64,000 nt of DNA from Myxococcota bacterium (GTDB lineage: Bacteria > Myxococcota_A > UBA9160 > UBA4427), in NCBI GenBank assembly GCA_050618075.1, contig JBNLVL010000010.1, positions 1,642 to 65,641 on the forward strand, written 5' to 3'. Below the pieces are notes generated by a model that had not been told where the DNA came from, did not search any database, and saw only the letters and a program-made list of their open reading frames with translations. Below, piece after piece: positions 55,892-64,000 of the stretch. A program made the translations under genes and the position numbers. Numbering within the stretch: position 1 is the stretch's first letter; the number at the start of each line of letters is the position of its first letter.

Positions 55892-56749
55892 CTACCAAGT
55901 AAGCGCGGCCGAATCCTGATGCGAGGGCAGGCGCATCCAGTTCGGAACGATCATCACTTCGCTCCCGCTACTTCTTGTCGAAGCTGTGTATCTCAGCGAG
56001 AACGGCCGAATAGTCGCCCAACTATTGTACATGTACCGGACCTCGGGGCAGTCGTCATAGGTCAGCACCCACGCCGAGTCTGCCATCGACTTCAACTGGC
56101 CAGCAAGGCCACGATGATAGTCGTGATCGAGAGCGTTCAGGTAGAGCGAGGGGCCTTTGACGAAGTACGGCGGATCGATAAAAAAGAACGTCGAACCTGG
56201 GTCCTGCTGCCGGATGAACTCCACACCGTCCTCATCGCTGACGTGGATGCGGTCGCGGTACTCAGCAATACGCTCGCACCGCTTCCGCAGATCGGCCTTG
56301 TTGTAGCGTGCGCCCAGCTTCCACTTCCCAGCCTGCTTCACGCCCCCAATGGGCCCACCGTTGGTGATGATACCGGAGCGGTTGCAGCGATTGAGGTAGA
56401 AAGCTGAGAACCCACGCCGCAACCGGGACAGACGACCGGACGTGCGATAGGTATCCCGCTGCCTGTGCCATTCGGCCATGCTCACCCGGGTGCGGGAAAG
56501 CAGCGACAGGAATGGTTCTGGCCTGTTAGTTAGCGTCCACCAGAAGTCATGGATCGCTGGGTCGGCATCGTTGATGAAGATTTCGGGCGTCTCCTCTCGA
56601 TAGAGGAGCGACAGTGAGGCCCCTGCACCGCCTGCGAACGGCTCGGCAATTGCGCGGTGACCGAGGGCGTTCAATCGAATGATCTGGCGCAGCAGGCCGA
56701 CCATCGAGGATTTTCCGCCGGGATACCGGAGCGGGCTAGAGGTGTTCAC
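55892..56749 (-). CDS. Dam-class (D12) N6-adenine DNA methyltransferase
   Basis: LRYPGGK, SAM-binding EPFAGGAG and catalytic FFIDPPY. GTG at 56749 overlaps the upstream TGA (GTGA). Confidence 0.85.
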   Translation of the reverse strand: MNTSSPLRYPGGKSSMVGLLRQIIRLNALGHRAIAEPFAGGAGASLSLLYREETPEIFINDADPAIHDFWWTLTNRPEPFLSLLSRTRVSMAEWHRQRDTYRTSGRLSRLRRGFSAFYLNRCNRSGIITNGGPIGGVKQAGKWKLGARYNKADLRKRCERIAEYRDRIHVSDEDGVEFIRQQDPGSTFFFIDPPYFVKGPSLYLNALDHDYHRGLAGQLKSMADSAWVLTYDDCPEVRYMYNSWATIRPFSLRYTASTRSSGSEVMIVPNWMRLPSHQDSAALTW

Positions 56750-58194
56750 TCCGCGTCGTCCTCGATCGGGTTCTCCAGCATCAGACTCATCAAAGGCTCC
56801 ACCCGGAGCCAGAACTGTTGAATATCTCTCCCGCCCGGAAGGTCGTTGACCTGATGCACAAAGGAGTGCAGGTCGTTGATCGAGAACGGTGCAGAGGGAT
56901 CGTGCCGAAGTGCCTTCTCAACTTTGTTAGCGTCGGCCCTCGGTAGATTCTCCTTCGCGATGCGCGTTAGGACAGGAGCCATCTCCCTCATCGTGGGCGT
57001 TGTGTAACGGAGCTTCCCCTTGTCCTTGAGCGCTTTGGTGAGGGCGTCCAGTTCGCCTGAGCGCTTCAAATAGTCGATGGCTGCGAGCTCGAAAAACACA
57101 CGAAGCAAGACCGACCCTGCGTTCGGGAAGTCATCGCGCTTTAGCTTGGTCAATTCGTCCCGAATCTCAGTTAGACGCCCTCCTCCGTACCTATTTCTGA
57201 AGCTCTTCGGGACTACCGTCTTGCTTTCTAGCCTGGGCCTCTTAGGAGCAGGCTTGGGCGCTTCGGGCTTTGAAGCGGCAGACCGTTTGTTAATCACATC
57301 CGCTGGAACGAAGCGACCTCTCTTCCTTGCCGGGCGCTCCTTGTTGTCCCACGAGTCAAAATACTCCTTGATATCTTCGTTCGTGTTGAGCGTCCTGGAC
57401 GTTCGGTGCCCGAGCGCGATGTCCCTGACGAGCTTCGTGAAGCCCTTAACAAACTCGCCTCTCGTGGTGTCACCACGAATGCCATGTTCTCGGTCGGGGC
57501 GCACCTTTAGGAACTCGCGTCCCACCGTGGAATCGAACACTCTGCCAATGGTCGAAAACACCTTTGTGCGAGGACTATCGAGCTTTGCCTGCACCTCGTC
57601 TGGCAGGTCGAGAGAGCGAGCCATGTCGGCGATGGCCCGTGTTTGCCGTGCTTTCTGGATGTCTGCGTCGGTGAACCCGAGCTGATCGAGGAGCTGCTCG
57701 TTGGTATAGCCCTCTTCGAGCTTTTCGATGATGAAGCTGGCCCGGTTTTCAGCTTGCCACGGGAGTACCGGTGTGCCGACGTGCTTCCCGGCAACCTGCC
57801 GATCGGTGGCGCGCCTGTTGGGCGCGATGGTCACGGGAACCTTCGCGATATCACCAGGGTCCGCAATCGACTTTGACAGGCGCTCGACCTTGCGCCCGAG
57901 CGCGCCTTCGAGCAGGCCAGGCTCCCGGAGGGCCTTGAGCGCGGCCAGACGTCGGTTGCCCTCGACTATCACCGTCTTGCCGCCCTCGGTGATTCCCAGA
58001 AGGGGTTCGTTCGGAAAGAAGCCGCGGGTTGCGATGCTCTCGGCTACATCGAGGGCCTTATCGTGTTCGAAGAGGTACTGAATGATATCGCGCGGTGCAT
58101 GTAGAGCTGTCTCTCGACCGAGCCGTGGGTTTTTTGCATCCAAATGAAGACTGGGCACCAACAACTGCTTCGTGAACCACTGACGTTTCGCCAT
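56746..58194 (-). CDS. ParB/Srx N-terminal-domain protein with uncharacterised C-terminal region
   Basis: ATG at 58194 after a GGGGGAG SD. ParB-like blocks LHLDAKNPRL and VIVEGNRRLAALKAL. A Lys/Pro-rich linker and a helical C-terminal domain were not recognised. Confidence 0.8.
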   Translation of the reverse strand: MAKRQWFTKQLLVPSLHLDAKNPRLGRETALHAPRDIIQYLFEHDKALDVAESIATRGFFPNEPLLGITEGGKTVIVEGNRRLAALKALREPGLLEGALGRKVERLSKSIADPGDIAKVPVTIAPNRRATDRQVAGKHVGTPVLPWQAENRASFIIEKLEEGYTNEQLLDQLGFTDADIQKARQTRAIADMARSLDLPDEVQAKLDSPRTKVFSTIGRVFDSTVGREFLKVRPDREHGIRGDTTRGEFVKGFTKLVRDIALGHRTSRTLNTNEDIKEYFDSWDNKERPARKRGRFVPADVINKRSAASKPEAPKPAPKRPRLESKTVVPKSFRNRYGGGRLTEIRDELTKLKRDDFPNAGSVLLRVFFELAAIDYLKRSGELDALTKALKDKGKLRYTTPTMREMAPVLTRIAKENLPRADANKVEKALRHDPSAPFSINDLHSFVHQVNDLPGGRDIQQFWLRVEPLMSLMLENPIEDDAE

Positions 58195-58526
58195 ACTCCC
58201 CCCAGATTCGGTCTACACGAACTTGCCCTTCCCGGCTACGGCCGGTAGCAGAGCGATCGCCATCGCAAGCCGCACCGAAACCGACAAGCATCGAAACTCC
58301 CTCCTCCCACCTTCGGGCTGCTGTCAGCCGCATCGTTGGAGTACCAGTCGAATCCACTGGCAAGAATAGCCAATTCTTACGGTACTTCGGTTGTTTGCCG
58401 CCCAGAATCGCCGCGTGTAGCGAATCTTGGGCGATCCAATGAGCAGGGAGTTCTGACGGAAGGACCGGTAGAAAAGGGCGGTCCACGTTGGTTTCCCCGG
58501 AGCTCTTCGGTAGAGCCTCAAACTTG

Positions 58527-59876
58527 CTACCCCCCACCAAACAACCCAACCAACCGCCCCACAAACCCCTCCTCTTCCTTCTCGCCCGGCGCCTTCCCCG
58601 CGGTCGCCGCTGCCGGAGCCACGGCCTTCCCCACCGCCGGCTTCCCGTCGTGGGCATAGCCGAGGTCCTGGGACCAGTCTGCGTGGACCAGGAGCTGGTT
58701 CACTTTCTCCCATAGCGCCCGCTCCTCGGCCAGGTTGGCGGGGAGCGGCAGCGAGAGCTTCTTCAGCAGCTCGAAGCGGTAGAGGTCGAAGCAGGTGCGG
58801 AAGACCGCGCCGAAGGAGCGGGCGGCTTCGATGGCCAGGGCGCGGAAGACGAGGGTGCCGAGCGCGCCTCCCACCACGGCACTGATGGGCGCCCAGCCGA
58901 CCCACTCGAGAACGGGCCAGGCGGTTGCCAGGTCCCAGACCATCACGCCGGCCCAGGAGGCCGCCACCAGGGCCGAGAGGTAGGTGCACACCACCGCGAA
59001 GTCGTAGGAGACGCGCGCGTCTTCGACCGTGGGGAAGTACTCCTTCGGGATGACGGTCTGGAGCGGGGGCCAGGTGGCCACGGGGTCGATGCAGTAGCGG
59101 TCGTACGGGTAGGACCGGGTAGCGCTCATGATGTTGCCGAGGGTGGTGATGCACACGCCCACGCTTCCGGACGAACGCGCGAAGCGCGACGAGAAGTCCA
59201 TCAGCGACTCGGCGTAGCGCTGCTCGGCCGTGTGGACGACGTCCTGCAGCACCTTCTCGAGCCGGCGATGGGGCTTCTCGAGGCGCTTCGGGTCTGCGCC
59301 TCCGTCGTAGAGCTGCACGATCTGCCCGGCGCAGTCTTCGAGCTCCTGGGCGTCCACGAGGCCCTTGCCCCGAAGCCGGGCGAGCTTGCGCTCGAGGTCG
59401 GCGAGGCAGGCGTCGAGACGGATGTCCGCCCGGACCGGCGACTGGGAGGCCTGGCGTCGCTGGAAGGCCGCCACGAGCCGACCGTGAAGCTGCTCGTAGT
59501 GCCGGGTGCGGCGCACCACCTCCTCCCGGTCGTTGTCGGCGTTCTTCTCGGCCGCGATGAACCGGGCCTTCTTGCGCCTGCGCATCGGCTCGGTCAGGCG
59601 CCCCAGCTCGTAGCGCCCCTCGAGCACGCGCTTCAGCATGGGGCTCACGATCATCACCAGGTAGGCGCTGGCGGTGACCCCCACGAGCAGCAGCAGTCCC
59701 GCCAGGGCCTTGTTCTCGAAGGCCCCCTTCCACCAGGCGCCCGTCTCCTGCCAGCCCAGGTGGAAGCCGCTCAGGGTGACGTGGGTGGCCACGAAGAGCA
59801 CCACCGGGAAGAACGCACCGATGAAGAAGGCGCGCCCGAAGAGCCTGGTGATGCGGTCGAGGACGGTTCCCAGCAC
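58527..59876 (-). CDS. hypothetical membrane protein (2 N-terminal TM helices, helical middle, C-terminal TM helices)
   Basis: GTG start 16 nt after the upstream stop. TM segments FFIGAFFPVVLFVATHVTL, LAGLLLLVGVTASAYLVMIV, FAVVCTYLSALVAASWAGVMV and APISAVVGGALGTLVF. Confidence 0.65.
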   Translation of the reverse strand: MLGTVLDRITRLFGRAFFIGAFFPVVLFVATHVTLSGFHLGWQETGAWWKGAFENKALAGLLLLVGVTASAYLVMIVSPMLKRVLEGRYELGRLTEPMRRRKKARFIAAEKNADNDREEVVRRTRHYEQLHGRLVAAFQRRQASQSPVRADIRLDACLADLERKLARLRGKGLVDAQELEDCAGQIVQLYDGGADPKRLEKPHRRLEKVLQDVVHTAEQRYAESLMDFSSRFARSSGSVGVCITTLGNIMSATRSYPYDRYCIDPVATWPPLQTVIPKEYFPTVEDARVSYDFAVVCTYLSALVAASWAGVMVWDLATAWPVLEWVGWAPISAVVGGALGTLVFRALAIEAARSFGAVFRTCFDLYRFELLKKLSLPLPANLAEERALWEKVNQLLVHADWSQDLGYAHDGKPAVGKAVAPAAATAGKAPGEKEEEGFVGRLVGLFGGG

Positions 59877-59892
59877 GCGCGGCGCTCCGGCT

Positions 59893-60390
59893 TCAGGCCA
59901 CCGGCTCCCCGTCGCAGAAGCACTTCGTCGGCGGCGGGGGGCCCCAGGCGTGTCCGTTCGGGCAGTAGTAGATGGTGGGGACCTGGAAGAACCGGCTCTC
60001 CCAGTCCTCGGCCTCGCTGAGGAGCCCGATCGCCCTGCCCGACTCGAACATCACCTTCACACCCGGAGCCTCGAACTTCTCGCGGACGCGGGCGATGGGC
60101 GCGCTCATCTCGGCCCCCGCGATGCGCACCGGGCCGATCTCGCGCACGGGCGCATGCACGCTCTCGGCGACCACGCCCCGGGAGTGCTGGAAGCCCACGA
60201 GGTCGTCGACCGTCGCGAAGCCGAACTGGTTGTCCGCGCCGCGCACCACCACCCCTCGCGTCCCGTAGTCGCAGGCAGCGGTCAGCGCGACGCCGATGCT
60301 CGAGTCCTCGTCCACCACCGGAATGTCGGCGAAGGAGAAGAAGTGGCTCCCACCCCCACGGAGGTAGGCCAGGACGTCTTCGTCGGTCAT
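59893..60390 (-). CDS. small CBS-pair-like protein with a Cys/His-rich tail
   Basis: Internal ATG at 60390. Two CBS-like units (FADIPVVDEDSSIGVAL...TVDDLV and APIARVREKF...AIGLLSEAE). Tail YYCPNGHAWGPPPPTKCFCDG. The fold assignment is by eye only. Confidence 0.55.
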   Translation of the reverse strand: MTDEDVLAYLRGGGSHFFSFADIPVVDEDSSIGVALTAACDYGTRGVVVRGADNQFGFATVDDLVGFQHSRGVVAESVHAPVREIGPVRIAGAEMSAPIARVREKFEAPGVKVMFESGRAIGLLSEAEDWESRFFQVPTIYYCPNGHAWGPPPPTKCFCDGEPVA

Positions 60391-60421
60391 GTCTCGCTCC
60401 TTGTCTGCGCCGGCCGGCGCC

Positions 60422-62860
60422 CTACGCCGGCAGCGACATCGCGATGCCGAGCCCCAGGGCCCGGTAGGCCTCGAGCTGGGCCTCGGTGAAGAACTGGTCG
60501 GCGGTGGTCTCGTGGGGGAAGGCGTCGTGCTGCAGCCGGTACGAGTAGACGTCCAGCGGCAGGTCCTTGATGAGGGTGCTCTTGATGTAGATGAGCTCCC
60601 CCTTCTCCCGGCGACGCTTCGGCTCCTCGGGGTTCTCCGGGTCGGGCACCTCGGGGTAGACGATCGTGGCCGTGGCATAGCCGTGCTCGGCCACCTCGAT
60701 CTTCCCCTCTGCGGGCCGGTAGGGCTCGTTGGGCAGGAGCTTGGCGAGGCGGTTGGGCGAGCTCGAGAAGTCGATCTCGACCCCGAAGTCGGTGCGCACG
60801 CGCTCGACGGCGTTGGAGAGGTCGGCGAAGGCGAAGTCGGGGTCGCAGCCCGCGTCCACCACGATGATGTGGGGCAGGCGGCGCCGCACCAGCTCATAGA
60901 GCCCCAGGTTCTCGAAGTGGCCGCCGTCGCTCAGCTCGATCATGTCCCGGGTCTCGCTGAGCCCCCGGCCCACCACGGCGCCGAGGCCCGGCTTCAGGAA
61001 GTTGGGCCGGCGCACGATGCGGAGCCAGCGCCGCTCGCGCCCGGGGTTCGGCGCCCAGTAGCCGAGCCGCAGGTTGAGGAGCGACATCAGCACCGAGACC
61101 ACGCGGCTGCGCATGGCGCCCGCCCCGGCCACCCCCGTGTTGGGGTTGGCGGCGGCGCCGGAGATGGCCATGGCGGTGGGAAGCGTCATGCCGCGACCCC
61201 AGCGGCTCTTCATGAAGCGCCTCGAGGGCGACCAGCCGGTGGCGTCGCTGCCGCAGTAGAGGGGCGAGAGGATGAAGTTGTCGCCGCCGCGGCCCCGGTA
61301 GCGGCCCACCCCCGAGTCCACCAGCACGACGTTGGTGTTGATGAGGTGGTAGGGGCGCTCGTTCCAGCCCTCGGCGCACATGTCTTCGATGAGCGCGTCG
61401 TCGGCCTCGGTGGCGTGGCCCCAGTCGCCGTCGCCCACGCGATCGAAGTCGGGCATGAAGGTCTCCATGAGCCGATCGCGGTACATGCGGTGGTGGCCGT
61501 GGTAGTTGAGGTTGGCCAGGCCGCCCACCAGGGCCGCCACCCCGCCGGCGGCGAGGCTCCACACGGCGCCCACCTGCTGCACGATCGCGTAGCAGCCGAC
61601 GAGCACGCCGAAGAGCACCAGGAAGGCGGCGAGGTAGACCTGGAACGGACGCAGGACGGTCAGGATCCTCTCGGTGGTCGAAGGCGGCCTGCTCTCTGCG
61701 TCGCCTTTGGCCGGCGGGTCGCTCTGCTCCGAGCGCAGCTTGAGGAAGCCCAGCAGCGAGCCCAGAACGGTCGCGCCGCCGGCGGCTCCGCCCGCCTGCA
61801 CCGCCAGCACGTCCGAGAGCAGGCGGCTGGCGACGGGCACGAGCCCCACGAGCGTCACCCCGAGGATCACGGTGAGCAGCCGGCCGAAGCCCCGCTGCGC
61901 CCTCGCCCGCAGGTCGTAGCGCAGGCCCTGCGCGTCGGTGGAGAACGCCGTCGCCAGCTTGAGGCCGCGGCTCACCCACCGGCTCGAGCTCCCCACGGCG
62001 TACACCACCGAGAGGCCCAGGAAGAGCACGGAGAGGAGCGCGGAGAGCCCCAGCATGCGGTTGCCGTCGAACAGGTCGCCGGCCCACTCGAGAGACAGTC
62101 CCTCGCCCTCGGCCGGGCTCCGATCCAGCATGGAGAGCACCGCGGGCGGCAGCGGCACGCGCTGGGCCAGGTCCGTGAGCCCCTCGGTGAAGGCCCGGCG
62201 CTGGGCGGCCAGGGTCGAGGCGGCGCTCTCCCCTGCGCGCGTCGCGGCCTCCCCGCCTTCGGGCGCGGCAGGCGCGGCGGGCGCGTCTGGCCCCGTGGTC
62301 GCCTCGGAAGTCCACTGCGCCGCCAGGGCCGCCACGCCCGGAGCGGGGTCGTCGCGGATGGGAAGCAGGGTCGTCAGGCAGAGTACGGCAAAGAGCGCCG
62401 TGAGGAGCCCGCCGTAGATGAAGAGCGAGATCGTCATCCCCCGCAGCACCACGGCCGCCAGCGAGGTGGCGTTCAGCCCTTCGCCGGGGATCAGGTAGTT
62501 GCCGTGCTGGCGGATGAACTCGAGGACGGGGTTGGCGCGCACCCCTTCGCCGTCGGCCACGAGCTTCTGCTCGAAGGGGAAGCGGCCGGTCGTGGTTCCC
62601 GGCTTTCTGGCCGGATCGGTCCGGCGACTGAGGAACCAGGTGAGCGACGACCCGATGTAGCCGCCCCCGGAGACCGTGGAGAGGTAGTCGATGTCGTCGA
62701 GCCGCCCCTTCCGGACCAGCCCCTGCAGCACCCCCAGCCCGAACGAGGCCGACCGCACTCCGCCGCCCGAGAGCGCGAGCCCCCATCTGGCCTCGCGCCC
62801 GATGCGCCTCCCTTCCGCTTGCGTGACGGTCTCGGCGTGGGTGGTGTAGTCGGCGTCCAT
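60422..62860 (-). CDS. patatin/cPLA2-like phospholipase with a multi-TM insertion
   Basis: Oxyanion loop LSGGGVRS and nucleophile block STVSGGGY near the N-terminus. Asp block LSDGGHFENLG lies about 570 aa later. Between them are 5-6 hydrophobic helices (for example LFIYGGLLTALFAVLCLTTLL and VYLAAFLVLFGVLVGCYAIV). Confidence 0.85.
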   Translation of the reverse strand: MDADYTTHAETVTQAEGRRIGREARWGLALSGGGVRSASFGLGVLQGLVRKGRLDDIDYLSTVSGGGYIGSSLTWFLSRRTDPARKPGTTTGRFPFEQKLVADGEGVRANPVLEFIRQHGNYLIPGEGLNATSLAAVVLRGMTISLFIYGGLLTALFAVLCLTTLLPIRDDPAPGVAALAAQWTSEATTGPDAPAAPAAPEGGEAATRAGESAASTLAAQRRAFTEGLTDLAQRVPLPPAVLSMLDRSPAEGEGLSLEWAGDLFDGNRMLGLSALLSVLFLGLSVVYAVGSSSRWVSRGLKLATAFSTDAQGLRYDLRARAQRGFGRLLTVILGVTLVGLVPVASRLLSDVLAVQAGGAAGGATVLGSLLGFLKLRSEQSDPPAKGDAESRPPSTTERILTVLRPFQVYLAAFLVLFGVLVGCYAIVQQVGAVWSLAAGGVAALVGGLANLNYHGHHRMYRDRLMETFMPDFDRVGDGDWGHATEADDALIEDMCAEGWNERPYHLINTNVVLVDSGVGRYRGRGGDNFILSPLYCGSDATGWSPSRRFMKSRWGRGMTLPTAMAISGAAANPNTGVAGAGAMRSRVVSVLMSLLNLRLGYWAPNPGRERRWLRIVRRPNFLKPGLGAVVGRGLSETRDMIELSDGGHFENLGLYELVRRRLPHIIVVDAGCDPDFAFADLSNAVERVRTDFGVEIDFSSSPNRLAKLLPNEPYRPAEGKIEVAEHGYATATIVYPEVPDPENPEEPKRRREKGELIYIKSTLIKDLPLDVYSYRLQHDAFPHETTADQFFTEAQLEAYRALGLGIAMSLPA

Positions 62861-63137
62861 GGCTCGATCCTCTTCATCCGGACCGCGGCCTCCGCCGCGC
62901 GGACTCGGGGGCCGACGAACAGCACGATCCGTGCCAGTCGCAGGGGCCGCTGCAGGCGGTTGGTCAGTGGACGCGGCGTGGGACGTCTGCCGACGTCGGG
63001 GCAGAGCACGGGCGTTCGAGCGCCCAGGCTCGCCACACCCGCCAGGGGGATGTCCTCCCGAGTGGACTCGAACACCTTGTGGTGTCTACTGGTGTAGACA
63101 GGTGCCGGTCCCTTCGGCTCGACGCCGTGGAGTGTTT

Positions 63138-63980
63138 CTAGGTCCGACCCAGCTCCCAGGGCTCGGGCAGCGCGTGGCGCGGGAGCGTGCGGAACGTCAG
63201 CCACCGCGCCGGCGCGCGACCGAGCTCGGCGGCGATGACCTCGGCCACCCGGGGGTCGCCCCAGTAGTGGCCGTGCGCGTTGCGCGCCAGGTCGCGCTCC
63301 GCGGTGGCGAAGCCCACCGGGTCTCCGTCGAGCCCCATGGGCTCCAGGTAGGCGTCCGGCTCGTGGCCGATGGCGAAGGCCGCCGCCTGGCCCATCGGAA
63401 AGGCAAAACGCAGGACGGAATCGGAGCCCGAGTGCAGGACGATGCGCTCGTCGGCCAGGGAGCCCGCGACGCAGAGCGGCCCACCCGCTTCGCACAGCTC
63501 GACCGGCACGGCCGCCGCCATCAGCACGATGGCCGCGATGGGCGGAGCGGGCCGCCCCACCAGCCGCCGCAGGGTCTCGAGGATGACCCGGCATCCCAGC
63601 GAGTGACCGATCAGCACCAGCTCGACCGCAGGACAGTCCCGGTGCAGGTCCACGAGGTGGTTGGCCAGGACCCGCGCGGCCTCTCGGGCATCGGGGATCT
63701 CGTCCGGGTAGCTCAGGAAGTCGGCGAACCGGAACCACCCGAAGTCCGCGTCGCCGGGCCAGTGGAAGCACCCCACCTGGGCCGGTCCCTCGGGCAGGTT
63801 TCGCCGGAGCGCAGCGTAGGCCTCCGTGGCCTCCCGCTCGTCGTTGTTGAACCCGTGCACGAGCAAGGCGACCCGACCGGGATGCTGCATCCAGCCATCG
63901 GGCCACTCCTCCGCGGGGTCCGCAACCCCGCCCCCGGGCGAGGTCTCGCGCACGGTCAGCGTCCCTGCGAACTCCTTCAC
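63138..63980 (-). CDS. alpha/beta hydrolase (DUF900-like esterase)
   Basis: ALLVHGFNN and nucleophile elbow LIGHSLG. Normal composition. The ORF start is close to the window end. Confidence 0.75.
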   Translation of the reverse strand: MKEFAGTLTVRETSPGGGVADPAEEWPDGWMQHPGRVALLVHGFNNDEREATEAYAALRRNLPEGPAQVGCFHWPGDADFGWFRFADFLSYPDEIPDAREAARVLANHLVDLHRDCPAVELVLIGHSLGCRVILETLRRLVGRPAPPIAAIVLMAAAVPVELCEAGGPLCVAGSLADERIVLHSGSDSVLRFAFPMGQAAAFAIGHEPDAYLEPMGLDGDPVGFATAERDLARNAHGHYWGDPRVAEVIAAELGRAPARWLTFRTLPRHALPEPWELGRT

Positions 63981-64000
63981 CCCGTGCGCGTCCGGGCGGC

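Overview
This is a 64-kb segment of a very GC-rich bacterial replicon, by eye roughly 70% G+C with strong GC3 codon bias. I could not place it taxonomically. The sigma-54 control, C-terminal sorting signals and DNDGDG-type Cys repeats are compatible with a proteobacterial or myxobacterial-like organism. About 48 CDS can be supported. I saw no rRNA, tRNA, CRISPR array, transposase or integrase.

Gene starts were picked by hand from the six-frame track. Many of the long Arg/Pro/Gly/Ala-rich ORFs are antisense artefacts of the GC content and were discarded. GTG starts fused to the upstream stop (GTGA) are frequent.

Modules from left to right:
1. Housekeeping or accessory enzymes: amidase, SDR.
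2. A sigma-54 activator divergent from a near-consensus -24/-12 promoter. That promoter drives a VIT-vWA protein with a GlyGly-CTERM-like tail, a rhombosortase-like rhomboid protease and two coupled unknown proteins.
3. A sulfatase plus a large alkaline-phosphatase-superfamily protein.
4. An amidohydrolase-TetR-OYE operon with an AT-rich operator.
5. An ABC-transporter-dependent glycan locus. It holds Wzm/Wzt, a two-domain glycosyltransferase, GmhA/HddA-like/HddC-like heptose activation genes, two methyltransferases and a sulfotransferase fused to a coiled coil built from four 138-bp tandem repeats.
6. A 1526-aa secreted multidomain protein: sugar-dehydrogenase-like propeller, two CXXCH motifs, PA14, cadherin-like repeats and a sorting-signal-like tail.
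7. MFS/TetR, GloB, thiolase and PhyH genes.
8. An apparent accessory or defence region (about 49.7-58.5 kb). It contains a P-loop-kinase/dCMP-deaminase fusion (DcdV-like), then a visibly lower-GC segment with a two-gene membrane/TM-TPR cassette behind a near-consensus sigma-70 promoter, and a ParB-like protein translationally coupled to a Dam-class methyltransferase.
9. A minus-strand cluster at 58.5-64 kb: DUF900-like hydrolase, a patatin/cPLA2-like phospholipase interrupted by a multi-TM insertion, a CBS-like small protein and a membrane protein.

The best candidates for undescribed systems are the ParB-like/Dam pair with its neighbouring membrane cassette, the patatin-centred cluster, the coiled-coil sulfotransferase in the glycan locus, and the dedicated rhombosortase operon. 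All functional calls rest on motif recognition by eye. No searches were run.
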